The notes below the pieces were generated by a model. The model saw nothing but the letters and a program-made list of their open reading frames with translations, was not told the DNA's origin and ran no database searches. A program made the position numbers and the translations under genes. From NCBI RefSeq assembly GCF_006345805.1, contig NC_042999.1:77686001-77750000 (forward strand): a stretch of DNA of 64,000 nt. Reading direction: 5' to 3'. Numbering within the stretch: the stretch's first letter is position 1; the number at the start of each line of letters is the position of its first letter. Shown one piece after another: positions 12,799 through 25,527 of the stretch. The stretch comes from Octopus sinensis. Taxonomy: Eukaryota.

Positions 12799-14024
12799 CA
12801 GGGTGCGTAATGTATTTGAGGACATACCATTTTGGGGTCATTGCTGCATTTTTACTAACTCTGTAAAATTTTTGTTTCAGAAAATAATAATGGCGCGTGT
12901 ATATGTACTTAAGAAATGAAGAGGTATGCTGTTATTGTGGTTATAAAGGCTGAGCATAGCGATTTAGAAATTCGAGTTTTAAAAGTTGCTAGATCTTTCA
13001 TCTATAAAGTTTGTAAAGAGCTAGAGACTGAAGATGGAAATGTATCAGCAGTATCAAAGCATAAAAAGCATTCTAAACGCTCTGAAATCATCAGAACACC
13101 TGAAATTATCCAGCAAGTTCAAGAGACCATTGATTACAATCTCAGAAAGTCCATGAAGTCAATTACAAAGGATCTACATGTGTCACAAGGAACAGTCAGA
13201 AATGTCCACGAAAAGGCCAATTTGTCAGAAAAAGCAAAAGGAAATCATTACATCAGATCTAAAAGGCTCTTAAACAAACTGAAAAATCCAGCAGAAGAAG
13301 ATTTGATTTGGTTTTTCTCAAACAAGAAAAACTTCGACCAAGATCTAAAAGTTAACAGAAGAAATGACAGATGGTTATGTGCAGACCCTTCTGAAGTTCC
13401 TTTCCTGCAAGTGTCATGGTTTTGGGGGTTGTCAGCAACGAAGGACATATGCCTCCTTACTTCTTTCCACAAGGCCTTAGAGTTGACTCTTCCGCCTACA
13501 TGAAGTCCTGGAAATAATTGTTAAGCCCTGGGTAGACAGTGTATGCAATGGAAGGCCATATGTGTTTCAGTAAGACTCTACACTATTACACATGGCTCTA
13601 GTAACACAGAAATGGATGGCTGAAAATTCTCATGATCACATAGCCCTTAACATTTGGCCTCCTAATTCTCCAGATCTCAATCCATTGGACTATTACATGG
13701 GGAGCGTTGTTGAGAGAGAGGTCAATGAACACGCCAATAACACCAAAGATTCTTTGAAAGCTGCCATAGTCAGAGTAATGTCCAAAATAAACCAGCACCA
13801 CTTGATTCGAGCATGTAGATGATTTAGATTTCATATAGAAGCAGTTGTTGAAGCTGAAAGTGGCTTTGTTGAATAACATTATAGAAAAGAAGGTTTATTT
13901 TTATCCTCATAGCATATTTTGATGAATAAAATTATCATTTGTTATTATATATGTTTTTTTTTATAAACATAAATCTTTCCTCAAATGTCTTATGCACCCT
14001 TCCTCAAATATCTTATGCACCCTG
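12799..14024 (+). mobile_element. Decayed Tc1/mariner transposon, maT/DD37D-like
   Basis: TIRs cagggtgcgtaatgtatttgagg / cctcaaatatcttatgcaccctg. Fragments WFFSNKKNFDQDLKVNRRNDRWL and WPPNSPDLNPLDYY. Frameshifted. Confidence 0.82.
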
Positions 14025-14648
14025 TATGTGTATATATATGTATATATACATACACGCACGCACGCACACACACACAAATACACACACACATATACAATGT
14101 TGATTAAGAGGCAGAATGCTTTGCCTTTTACCTATTTCAGAAGTACAGAGGTGTTAATTCAGTTTTACAGTTAATCATGATTGTACCTAATCATAAAAAA
14201 ATCAAATATATCAACTAAATACATTATAGTGATAAACAACACTTCTGCATAACACCTGCTGATAACATCATCAAAAACTTAGTGTGGAGTCTATCTGGGA
14301 CACAGCACAGTGTTGAAGTCAAAATTCGAAATGCCAAACATTCAACAGTCCTAGGACTCGAAAAGCTACAGATCAAATATTTAAATATTCCCTTGAATGA
14401 ATATAGATCTCTTCTTATATAATTCATACTATGTGCTCAGCATCATTATTTTACTTACTTCTCATCTATGCCTTTGTGAACTTCAGTGTTATTTTTTTAT
14501 AACCGGAGCAAAAGGTATCATAAGAATGTCCATATGGAAAAATTCAGGAAAATATAGATTATAATTGGATGAAAACTTGGTGTTGTCTGGGATCCGTCAT
14601 ATGTTGATGAAATAAAAATATTTTATGCTGTGTGTTTTCTCCTTTCAG

Positions 14649-14716
14649 TTAACGACGGCCATCAAAAATAGTCAGCTGCGGGACGGTTTCGTTAGTGTTC
14701 GTATAAACGGATTCAG
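14649..14716 (+). CDS. Mucin-like protein exon B (68 nt): middle of SEA1
   Basis: ttttctcctttcag|TTA..TTC AG|gttggt. Translates LTTAIKNSQLRDGFVSVRINGF(S). Phase 0 to phase 2 bridges exons A and C exactly. Not in the ORF track. Confidence 0.88.
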
Positions 14717-14869
14717 GTTGGTACACGTAATACGTAAATATAATTATGTATTTTGTAAAGGAAAGATTCAAAGAAATTACAAAAAGAAATTTTAAAAAAG
14801 TGTAAACATACATGCAGAAATACATACCTGCTTAAATGCATACATTCATACTTGCATGCACACACATGC

Positions 14870-15025
14870 CTGCATACATACGTACATACATACATACATA
14901 CATACATACATACATACATACATACATACATACATACATGCATACATGCATGCATGCATGCATACATACATACATACATACATACATACATACATACATA
15001 CATACATACATACATACATACATAC
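14870..15025. repeat. (CATA)n/(CATG)n microsatellite
   Basis: Direct inspection. Confidence 0.95.
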
Positions 15026-15110
15026 CAGACACGTAGTATGAGTAAATACTGCGTACAGGCAGTGAATATATTGACAGCAATAGACATTATCAAGTTTTGC
15101 TCAATCACAT

Positions 15111-15240
15111 TTTTACTTGTTTCAGCTTCTGGACTGTGGTCATGGTGAGATCTGGTCAGTCTCTATCGCCGAACCATTAAGGGGACGTAAACAACCCACA
15201 CCAGCTGTTAAGCGGTGGAGTACAAACAAAAGCACAGAAA
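15111..15240 (-). mobile_element. Decayed 3' fragment of the SINE seen at 18000-18432
   Basis: Shares ttttacttgtttcag..ctgtggtcatg..gccgaacc..ggggacgtaaaca with 18000-18230. Confidence 0.6.
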
Positions 15241-15254
15241 TCCACATACCTACA

Positions 15255-15331
<77 letters not shown>

Positions 15332-15599
15332 AAGCAACGGAAAACAGTATCTGTGATATTTCAACATCTTCATTCTTACATCTGTTTCAATAACTCTTAT
15401 ATAACGGCCATAATTATATATTTATATATTTATAATTATGAAGGACGTAAGAGTCCTGTTATTAAGGATCTTTTGAAAATGATCTATAAATTGATTGCTG
15501 CCGTCTAGATAACATTTTTGTCTATCATTCAGTTTACATGCATAATCTCCCAGCAAACAGCTTCAGGACCTGTGTTCTTACTCTTTATATTATTATTAA

Positions 15600-16075
15600 T
15601 ATTTTCTCTTTATCACAGGTTTTGTTGAGGCTCCTGGAGTTTTGTATGCGTAGCGGGCTTACTACCTGCAGCTTATGGTACCATGCTATTCGTTCTTTTC
15701 AGCTATCTAATACTTCCCTGATTATTCTGGCCGTGCTAAAGAAGCAAACCTTTTGTAACAGTTCTACTGGGCACTCTATTCCAATTCCCTTCATTATTTC
15801 TCTTGATGCCTTCTGATACTGTTCCCAAGGACCCAACAATAATTGGCACTATCTTCACCTTCTTCATTTTCTAAATCCGGGCTATTTCGTACTTAAGAGG
15901 GTTGTGTATATCTATCTTTTCACCTTCCTTCTTGACTATTCGTGGGTCAATGGGGCATGCAACGTCAACTATATAGCATATTTGGTGCACCTTGTTCACC
16001 AGCACTCGGTCCGGTCTGCTTTGCGTTAGCACCTGATCTGTTAGGATTGGGAAATTCCAGAGGATTTTGCTAATC
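15600..16075 (-). mobile_element. 5'-truncated R4/Dong-clade LINE (REL endonuclease end) in a (TAA)n site
   Basis: ILWNFPILTDQVLTQSRPDRVLV..IVDVACPIDPRIVKKEGEK..KVKIVPIIVGSLGTV..TARIIREVLDS*. Short TAA runs on both sides. Confidence 0.8.
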
Positions 16076-16096
16076 TTATTATTATTATTATTATTG

Positions 16097-16648
16097 AGTG
16101 AGGAAGAAGTGCATGCCATCAAAGTGACACGGGTAAAATATACGAAGTCCAATATACCAATCATTACTCCCCTTTTGAGAAGGGTATACCAGGCACATGC
16201 ATCACAACCATATGTGCTCGACATGGTGATCTCATATCAAAATAAACAGCGCATGACCTTGCAGGTGGGGCCCAGTTAGAATTTTCTTCTGGTCGAGTAA
16301 CCCATCCCGCTCAAAAGGTCCCTGAATAAGGGTTGTTTAAGGATGTTGAACGAAACACCCATGTTTCCAGAGATGAATTATTCAAACCCCAAAGAATCCC
16401 TTTCAACACATGGCTATGATGCTCCCCCACTACTTCTGCTCGTGATCAGAGATGCACATATCGTCAGCCACTAAGGGACATGGTCAACTGGTTAAGGTCA
16501 AACAAATGACAAGCAAATCTGTGGTATTGAGGGGAGTATTTGCAGTAGCCCATCTTTTATACCAAGACAAAACAATGTACATGATAACACTTCCAATTAG
16601 TTAAGATCAGAAGCCACGAGAGCCACTGCCTGGTACTGCATTAGGGCA
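16097..16648 (-). mobile_element. Non-coding ~550-bp interspersed element ending in (AAT)n, inserted in TAA repeats
   Basis: Homologous, in opposite orientation, to 23589-23925. 3' end ..ctcactc(aat)n. (TTA)n flanks at 16076-16096 and 16648-16725. Confidence 0.75.
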
Positions 16649-16663
16649 TTATTATTATTATTA

Positions 16664-16726
<63 letters not shown>

Positions 16727-17999
16727 TCAACTAGTGGGACCCATGAAAATTTCACGGAACGAAAAAAGTGAAAAGGAACTATTTAAGAAAGAAAGGATGT
16801 TTTGCATTTTTATTGCATATAAATCTTATGGCTGTTTGTGAAATAAATGGTAGAAAAATATACAATAACAATCTACAATACTCAATACGCATATCGTTCA
16901 TTATTATTTAATTCTACTGAAACTGAAAGATCAATATTTAATTGCAAATTCCTTTTTACGCAATATTTTATCATAATTACTTTACATTATGTACAATTAG
17001 TGTACACAAAGCGATGTAGAGTATACACACAATGTTTTTATTTACATGATTAGTTTTAATCCCATTGTAAATTAAACAAAAAATAACATCGTTGGGTATT
17101 TTGCTAAGTTACTTTACTTCTAGTCACAACAAAAAATTGTATGATTAAAAAAATTCCCTTTGCTAAACACTTTATATTTCTCTTTCTTTCTCTGTCTTTT
17201 TCTCTCTACCTCTTCAACAAAATTTTAACCATGTAATTCCCCTCTTCACGTCGTTAACATTTCTCTCTTTCACTTTCTCTTCACTTCTCACTTCCACTAA
17301 CCACTTGACAGCGTGATCATTGGAAGTGGTTATCTCACTGACAGCGTGGTTAGAAGAAGTGGCTATCCATCTTAGTTACCCCTTCCATCTCTCAGGCTCA
17401 CACTCTCTCTCCCTTCCTCTCTGTCACTTTCACTCCACCTCTCACTCACTCCACACACCATCTCTAACAAACTAAAGTGTAACGTGTGAACGAACGAACA
17501 AGCAGAATTATAATATAGATTTTTCCTGCCGCTTATATGCATTACGCTTTATATTCCGACAAGTGCACGCTCTCACCTTTTTACATACATACAAGTAGAG
17601 AATCGCCTAGAATGTAGAGTATCTAAAAAAACGTCTGTAGGGAGTGTAGCAATTATAAAGACAAAATTAGCCACACTGTCTTGCCAGTGAAAAAAATAAA
17701 TAGCGAACATATTTATGTATAGAAATATGGGGAGGGAAAGTCACAGGCTACTCACACCTTCTCTGAACAATTTTAGATTCCTTACATTTGAGCACTCCTT
17801 AAAAATTTCACTCCTATGCTTTCTACCTTTAATATCTCCTTTCACAACTCACCTTTTATTTTCCATGTCTTGCCTTGTATTCTCATTTATCCTATCTAAT
17901 TTGATCTGGCCTTCACCACCTCCTTTCATTTCAACTGACATGGTTCATGTTAAAAAAAAAATCGAATCTGTTCAGTTTGGTGCACAGATCTTTTAATTC

Positions 18000-18217
18000 T
18001 CTTTTACTCTTTTACTTGTTTGAGTCATTTGACTGCGGCCATGCTGGAGCACCGCCTTTAATCGAGCAACTCGACCCCGGGACTTATTCTTTTGTAAGCC
18101 CAGTACTTATTCTATCGGTCTCTTTTGCCGAACCGCTAAGTAACGGGGACATAAACACACCAGCATCGGTTGTCAAGCAATGCTAGGGGACAAACACAGA
18201 CACACAAACACACACGC

Positions 18218-18254
<37 letters not shown>

Positions 18255-18432
18255 ATATATACATATATACGACGGCCTTCTTTCAGTTTCCGCCTACCAA
18301 ATCCACTCACAAGGCTTTGGTCGGCCCGAGGCTATAGTAGAAGACACTTGCCCAAGGTGCCACGCAGTGGGACTGAGCCCGGAACCATGTGGTTGGTAGA
18401 CAGGCTACTTACCACACAGCCACTCCTGCGCC
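18000..18432 (-). mobile_element. Full-length tRNA-derived SINE (octopus-type)
   Basis: Minus head ggcgcaggagtggctgtgtggtaag..ggttccgggctcagtcccactgcgtggcaccttgggcaagtgtcttc (A/B-box-like), internal (TA)n, tail ..ggcggtgctccagcatggccgcagtcaaatgactcaaacaagtaaaag. Confidence 0.85.
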
Positions 18433-18433
18433 T

Positions 18434-19000
18434 TTATTTTTTTTTAACTAAACAGATTGAAACTTCGCATACTGGTGGAATTTCTCACCCAAAACACGGT
18501 TTACTTTGAACATTTTTGACAAAATTTCGTATTTTAGAAGTTATTTCGTGTTAAAGTTGTCGTATTTGGGTAATTTTAGTCAATCAACGACGTATATTCA
18601 GTTGAAGAAAGTTACAACTGTTTGGAAGAAAAGAAAGCATGTTTGTTTTGTTTTAACTTCATGTTTTGATAATGTTATTTTCAATCTAATAAAGACTTTT
18701 ATTTTGATGAAATGTGTTTGTAAAAATCATAATAATAACAATACATCTCATAGTTGTAAAATAAAGCTTATATGTTTACTGGTTACTCCGACGCAAGAAC
18801 CAAAAAAAAATCGTGTAATATGCAACACAGGCAGTAAAAAAAAAATAGAACAGAGTGGCGAAAATTACCCAAAATTACTTTAACACGAAATAGCTTCTAA
18901 AATACAAAATTTGACAAAAAATGTTCAAAGTAAACCGTGTTCTGGGTGAGAAATTCCACCAGTATACGAAATTTCAAACTGTTTGGTTAAAAAAAATTAA
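18434..19000. mobile_element. MITE-like element with ~140-bp imperfect TIRs
   Basis: ttaactaaacagattgaaacttcgcatactggtggaatttctcacccaaaacacggtttactttgaac matches the reverse complement of gttcaaagtaaaccgtgttctgggtgagaaattccaccagtatacgaaatttcaaactgtttggttaa. No ORF. Confidence 0.75.
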
Positions 19001-21240
19001 TTAAAAAATCTGTGAAGTAAATTGAACGGATCCTAAAAATCTACGTCTTCTCTCTCACTTTCTTCCTTTCCTTGTATAGTTCGCAAACTACTCACACCGC
19101 CTCTCACTTTCCCCACATCATCTACTCTACGTTACTCCTCTACTTTACTCACATACTTGGCAATTTTGAGCATAAAAGATAGCACTTCTAGTCATTTGCT
19201 TTGTCTCTTTACATGTTTCTCTCTATCTCCCTCGCGGTCTGTCTGTTTGTCTATCTAATCGAAAATAAGAATTCTCACTCAGAAAATGTATTATACAATT
19301 TAATCAACAGTAAATTACTGGTTGTTTGTTTGATCGATCACCTCCAAATTATGAAAAGCAATATGCTACGAGATCTTAATTAGGAACTGAATGAATCGAA
19401 AGAAATCAAAGCTCAAAGCTTAATTGACGTTTAACCCCATGTCAGCTCTGAGCAGACTTTTGATGAAAAAGTGTTCCATCCATAACCGATCTCATCTATT
19501 TTCAGATAAGGCACTCAGACTACATGATTCAATGTGTCCTTCCCTTTTTTTTTAAATGAATTGATTATGATTTGAAGATTTTGTGGTTATTTATGGCTGG
19601 TCGAACAATTACATAGAGCTATCTCGTTCGTTAAAATGTTTATTGTTGAAGTGTATGCCAGTATTTCATAGCCACTTAGACCAACACAACATATAATTAA
19701 TATACAAAATATAATTTAACTGAAAGTAGATGTTAACGTATGTGTTGCATTATCTTGAGCATGTGACTGCTTGTTTCCTTTTTTCTTTTGCGTGTGCATG
19801 CATGCATAACAATGAAAACCAATGAGGCTTTATGAAGGTTTTGTTTGAAGCTGAATTAAATTGTCTTTTATCTAGCAAGTAATTTTATTGTTTTTTTTTT
19901 ATAATCTCTCTTTATTAAATAGTGAAATGAAAATATGTCACGTAGCACAGCCACAAAAAAAAACTACGCAGCAGGAACTTACAATATGGATTTTTACGAC
20001 ATACTTATTAATTATCGATACTATACTTATTCAATTCTGTTATCTAATCTGAGATGACCCTCATGGAACAAAATATGTTTCCTACATGTTAAGTCCGAGA
20101 CACAATTTCGGTTCACAGTTGCAGCTATTTTATTTCACCTAAGTAATTTTCTTAAGAAAAAGATGTCTATACCTCGTAGAATCCTTAAAAATATACAAAG
20201 CTGTTTTTTTTTTGTTAATCAAAACTGACATTTACAACCACTATATTGTTATTTTTCATTTGTTAGCCAATGGATCAGGCGCAGTGCCCATCTGCTTTAA
20301 ACTCTATCACAGCCTATTGAGATCGACGCAATTCATGTTCAGTTTGAACATCTGTGGTTTAAAACAAACACATGGAATAGGGAGTGATAAATTCTTGTCG
20401 ATAAATGTTCCTATGAGGGAATGAAAATGATAAGTATTTAGGGAAGATTTGGGAGGTGAAACACAGTACTAGAGAAAATGAGAAATATGTATTGCTTAAG
20501 AGAGCCTAGTTCAAAAGTACAAAAGCGTTGTGAAACCAAAAATTAAATACTAGTTAGGAAGAGACTGTAATCCAGTTTCATCTCCAAATAAAACCATCTT
20601 ATTTTCTTCATGTTGCTAACAATCCTCGTGAAAGCATGAATGTTATGACGTGTTCTCTCAATTCCTGTAAAGCCAAGGCTTTGTATCTAAATATAAGCAG
20701 TCAATATTATCATAAGTTTAAGATGTATCTATTAGTACATGCATTTAGCAAGTTACTTTCATGTAACCATATCATATTTTAATTTCACCTTGCTTTTTTT
20801 GTTTAGTTGATATTATTCAACTTCCTTCTGTCATTACTTGGTAATAATGATCAGCTTTGGCTAAAAATAAAAATCCATATAAAAATTTTTAAAGCTTTTA
20901 CGTATCTAAGTATAATCGTGGCCTGTTAACAACACCTTCACCGTTTTACTCTACGTTTCAGTTTTTCAATTTCCTTTAAGCCCTTTCATTTTCCCTACTA
21001 CACACACACACACGCACGCACAGATACGCACAACAGAGGACACACACACACACACACACACATACTAAGTTCTAATAAGAATGGATTCTGAAAAATGGGC
21101 TATTCGAACCCGAACGCAGAAAATAAAAACATGAAATATAGGGTTACAAGTTTAGAAAATAAAATTTAAAAAACCTTGTTATAGTGTTGCAAGGCTTCTC
21201 TTGTTATATATTTTTTATATATTGCATCACTCTCTTTCAG

Positions 21241-21431
21241 TCAAGGCAGTGTTAATGTGAACTTTACAGTTGTCTTAGAAGAAAATACCACAGAGGCAGA
21301 CAACACCAACGGTTCTCAAGTAAATACGAGTCTGTCTTCTGAGCAAATTGGAGAAATTCTCATTCACGTCCTGCATAATGCATCAAACACAGGAAACCTC
21401 ACTATTGATGTAAACCAGACAAGTGTCATCG
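21241..21431 (+). CDS. Mucin-like protein exon C (191 nt): C-terminal part of SEA1 with GSVNV
   Basis: tctctttcag|T CAA GGC AGT GTT AAT GTG. Translates QGSVNVNFTVVLEE..LTIDVNQTSVI. Donor G|gtaggg (phase 1). Confidence 0.92.
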
Positions 21432-21677
21432 GTAGGGTTATTATGATTATTATCATTATTATTAAGAAATAAATAGAAGAGTGCCATAGTTATGTTAAAT
21501 TGGTTGAACGATATTTCGGCATCTAGCGTGCCTTCCACTGGTTCAAAAATTACATGTCAGTCTACTTCATTTTTTGCTAAGTCTATATAGGACCGAGGTA
21601 ACTCATTCAGAAGTTAAACACAAATAAATAGAAGAGTGCCATATCATGTGAAATTGGTTGAACGATATTTCGGCATC

Positions 21678-21691
21678 TGTTGTTGTTGTTG

Positions 21692-21728
<37 letters not shown>

Positions 21729-21753
21729 CTTCTTCTTCTTCTTCTTCTTCTTC

Positions 21754-21821
<68 letters not shown>
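21678..21821. repeat. Compound (GTT)n(CTT)n(ATT)n microsatellite
   Basis: Direct inspection. Confidence 0.95.
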
Positions 21822-21823
<2 letters not shown>

Positions 21824-23566
21824 TAGTATATTTTTTATATCGTGCTTTCACTTCATTACCGAGCGCCGCTCTGTGTGCCTTAAGTATGTGCTGTGATTTG
21901 TTGTGATGCTCTGATGGTTATTGTATGGAAAGTGTTCTGCGTAGGATGTGTGCAGTGCCTAGTAGTGCAATTTTCTGTATGTTATATGTGTTCGTAAGTC
22001 CTGGTGTTTTTGTTATGTATTTGTCTGAATATTTTTTTATCATGCCTAATGCACCTATTATGATAGGAATTGTTTCTGCTTTTAGATTCCACATTCTGGT
22101 TACCTCTATTTCCAGGTCTTTGTATATTGAAAGTTTCTCCATTTCTTTTAGAGATACGTTGTCATCCGCTGGTATTGATACATCAATTAGGAAACATTTT
22201 TTTTCTTCATAATCTCTGACAACTATATCTGGTCTGTTGGCCTTAATTTCTCTATCTGTGTGTATTGGCATACCCCAGAGTATGGTTGCTTTCTCGTTTT
22301 CTGTGACCTTTTTCTGGTGTGTGCCTATACCATCTTTTTTCTGTTGCTATTCCATAATGTTGGCATAGTTTCCAGTGTACATAGGTCCCAACTCTGTCGT
22401 GTCTGTGAATATATTCCTTCTTAGCCAGGACTGGGCAGCCAGAGATAATATGATTTATTGTTTCTTGTCCATCTCCACATATTCTGCAGTTACTTGTTAT
22501 ATTTCTTTTCATTACACGTTTTTGGTAATTTCTGGTGGGGAGGCTTTGGTCTTGTGCTGCAAATTAAAAATCCTTCTTTCTCTGCTTTGAGTCCTGAGCT
22601 TCTCAACCATTGTTGGGATTTTTCTTTGTCTATTTCTTTTGCATTTAGTTTAGTCCAGTATTTGCCATGAAGGGGTTTTTCTTGCCATCGTTTTATCATG
22701 GCTCGTTGCTGTTCTATTTTTAGTTTGGATTTCATTTGTTTTATAGCTTTTGTTGTTTCTTCATCATCTTCTTCTTCTTCTTTGTGTTTATTAGGTGGTA
22801 TGATTTCTTGTTTGTATTTGTCAGCTTCCTTAAATACTGAGAACAGTCTTTTTGTTTTGCTCGTGTTTTGCCGCTATTTGTATCAGTTTTCCTTCCTTCT
22901 GAAGTAGGTATTTTTGCAGTCCTATTGTGGTTATTTTATAGTAGTTTTCCAGCTGTATAAGGCCTCTACCACCATCTATACGTTGTATATATAGCCTTTC
23001 TATGTCAGATTTTGGGTGATGCATCCTAGATCCTGTCATTATTTTTCTTGTTTTCCTATCTATTTTGGTCAGTTCATTTAGTGTCCAGTTAAGGATATTG
23101 TAGCTGTAACTTATAACTGGGACGGTTAAAGTGTTGATACCTATTATCTTGTTTTTAGCATTGAGCTCTGTTTTCAGTATTGATCTAACTCGTCTATAAT
23201 ATTCTTTCTTTATTTTCTCTTTCATTTGTGTGTGTTGTGTCTTATCTAGTTCATGGATTCCTAAGTATTTGTAAGTTTCGCTTTGGTCTAATTCTTTTAT
23301 TTCATTGGTTTTATCTAGTGTGATGTTGCTACTCTTAATTAGTTTGCCTCTTTTCAGGGTTACTTTGGCGCATTTCTCTAATCCAAATTTCATAACTATT
23401 TCTTTGGTAAATCCATGAACTGTCTTTAATAGTGTTTCCAGCTGTTTGTCATTTGCAGCGTATAGTTTTAGGTCATCCATATATAAAAGGTGGCTGGTCG
23501 TTTTGCCGTAACATTTATATCCGCATCCAGTTCTGTTTAGCATATCCGATAGAGGTGACAATGCCA
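21822..23566 (-). mobile_element. 5'-truncated R4/Dong-clade LINE pseudogene (RT C-half, CCHC finger, REL nuclease)
   Basis: HLLYMDDLKLYA, YKYLGI, RLYIQRIDGGRGL, CRICGDGQETINHIISGC, RPDIVV..IDVSIP..KEMEK, ILRRTLSIQ*. Several frameshifts. The 3' UTR runs into (AAT)n. Confidence 0.92.
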
Positions 23567-23588
23567 ATAATAATAATAATAATAATAA

Positions 23589-23925
23589 GTGGGGGAGCAT
23601 CACAGCCATGTGTTGAGAGGGATTCTTTGGGATTTGAATAATTCACCTCTGGAAACATGGGTGGTTCGTTCAACATCCTTAAATAACCCTTATTCAGGGA
23701 CCTTTTGAGCGGGACGGGTTACTCGACAAGAAGAAAATTCTAACTGAGCCCCACCTGCAAGGTCATGTGCTGTTTATCTTGATATGAGATCACCATGTCG
23801 CACACATATGGTTGTGATGCATGTGCCTAGTTGACCCTTATCAGACGGGTAGTCATGATGGGTATACTGGGCTTCGTATATTTTACCCCAGTGTCACTTT
23901 GATGGCATGCACTGCTCTCTCACTC
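23589..23925 (+). mobile_element. 5'-truncated copy of the non-coding TAA-associated element
   Basis: Reverse-complement homolog of 16097-16432. Ends gcactgctctctcactc(aat)n. TAA runs on both sides. Confidence 0.78.
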
Positions 23926-23976
<51 letters not shown>

Positions 23977-23992
23977 TATTATTATTATTATT

Positions 23993-24400
23993 GAAGATGT
24001 CGCACAGTATTCAATACTGTGATGTCGTAGATCGAAATTATTGTATGTACCGGGGGTTTGTACTGTCTGTCAAGTCACAAGGACTTCAGACAGAAAGTAC
24101 TTTACGCAGTACACGTGCAGTTCCAATACACCAAGATTGTAGGGTATTTCTAAAGCTTCCAGATGTTTCTTCGAGTTGGGTGGTATTGAACCCAATGCTC
24201 CGATGACAACAGGGACAACCTTTATGTTTGACTCTCAGGTTTCTATTTTTATCAACCTTTTCTCTTTCTTTCATGATAATATGTTGGTCTCCTGGCACTG
24301 CCACGTCGATTATTAGGTACTCTTGTTTGATCTTCTTAAAGGTTACTATATCCAGCCTTTGGCGCTTTAACACCTTGTCTGTCTGAAAATCAAAGTTCAA
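23993..24400 (-). mobile_element. Second R4/Dong-type REL fragment (different subfamily)
   Basis: NFDFQTDKVLKRQRLDIV..IIDVAVPGDQHIIMKEREK..GTARVLRKVLSV*. 3' UTR followed by (AAT)n. Confidence 0.8.
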
Positions 24401-24415
24401 GCGGATCTTTGCCTA

Positions 24416-24625
24416 GGGCGGCGAGCTGGCAGAATCGTTAGCACGCCGGGTAAAATGCTTAGCGGCATTTCGTCCGCCTCTACGTTATGGGTTCAAATTC
24501 CGCCGCGGTCGACTTTGCCTTACATTCTTTCGGGGTTAAAAAAATAAGTACTAGTTGAGCACTGGAGTTGATTGTAATCGACTTAGCCCCTACCCGAAAT
24601 TGCTGGCATTGTGCTAAAAGTTTTT
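24416..24625 (+). mobile_element. tRNA-derived SINE (second family) followed by (TTA)n to 24855
   Basis: ggcggcgagctggcagaatcgttagcacgccggg..gggttcaaattccgcc (A and B boxes). Further copies at 29905, 62148 and 62504. Confidence 0.85.
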
Positions 24626-24662
24626 ATTATTATTATTATTATCGTTATTATTATTATTATTA

Positions 24663-24697
<35 letters not shown>

Positions 24698-24730
24698 GTT
24701 ATTATTATTATATTATTATTATTATTATTA

Positions 24731-24813
<83 letters not shown>

Positions 24814-25527
24814 TATTATTACTATTATTATTACTATTATTATTATTATCATTATTTCAATATTCTTATTTTTATTACTTGTTTTCTGTGTGCTACCAAA
24901 CTGTGTGATTTTTTCATCTATTTCATTGGCAATACTTTACGTAATATGTATGTGATACTCCACAATCTAGTTATCTCTGTTTCCAGGTCTTTCCGTTATA
25001 ACCTTACTTTATAAAATATCCCATTTGGCAATTAAAGAAAAGTTTGATTTTTCTTATTCTAATTATCAAGATTTATTGCCGTATTCATGACGATAAATGG
25101 TTTATCGGAGAATAATAATCGTTTCTTAGCACAATACTACAAGTATAATGATAACTACTGTCTCGGTTACGATATTTTAAAACAATTCCCTGGATAACAA
25201 GCTAACTTCAATTCGTCTAATAATTGTTCTTGTTTTTCACTTCATTGATGTTTTGTCCCATGCTCATCCCAAATGATTAGATCTGTGATTAAAGACAATC
25301 AGGCCTATGACTATCCTGTTTTATCCCTTTTTTCTGAAATAGTGTTCTCCGAACTACATTATTCAATGCGTACTTCTTCTTTTTAAACGAAACGTAACGA
25401 TTGGAGGGAGATTTTGCCACTATTTTTAAACATATTGAAAAAATATATAAAGGCTCTCACTAATGTTGTTGGTACTGCAGCTGTTGCTATTGTTGATGTT
25501 TAAACAATCTCTTTATCTTCATTTTAG

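Noticed and set aside
16540-16648. Twister- or HDV-like ribozyme at the 5' end of the TAA element (gccc-TAAT-gcag..ATAAAA)
   Set aside because: The L4 AAGC and GAG elements of twister and the P3/P1.1/J4-2 order of HDV could not be fitted. Kept only as possible structure.
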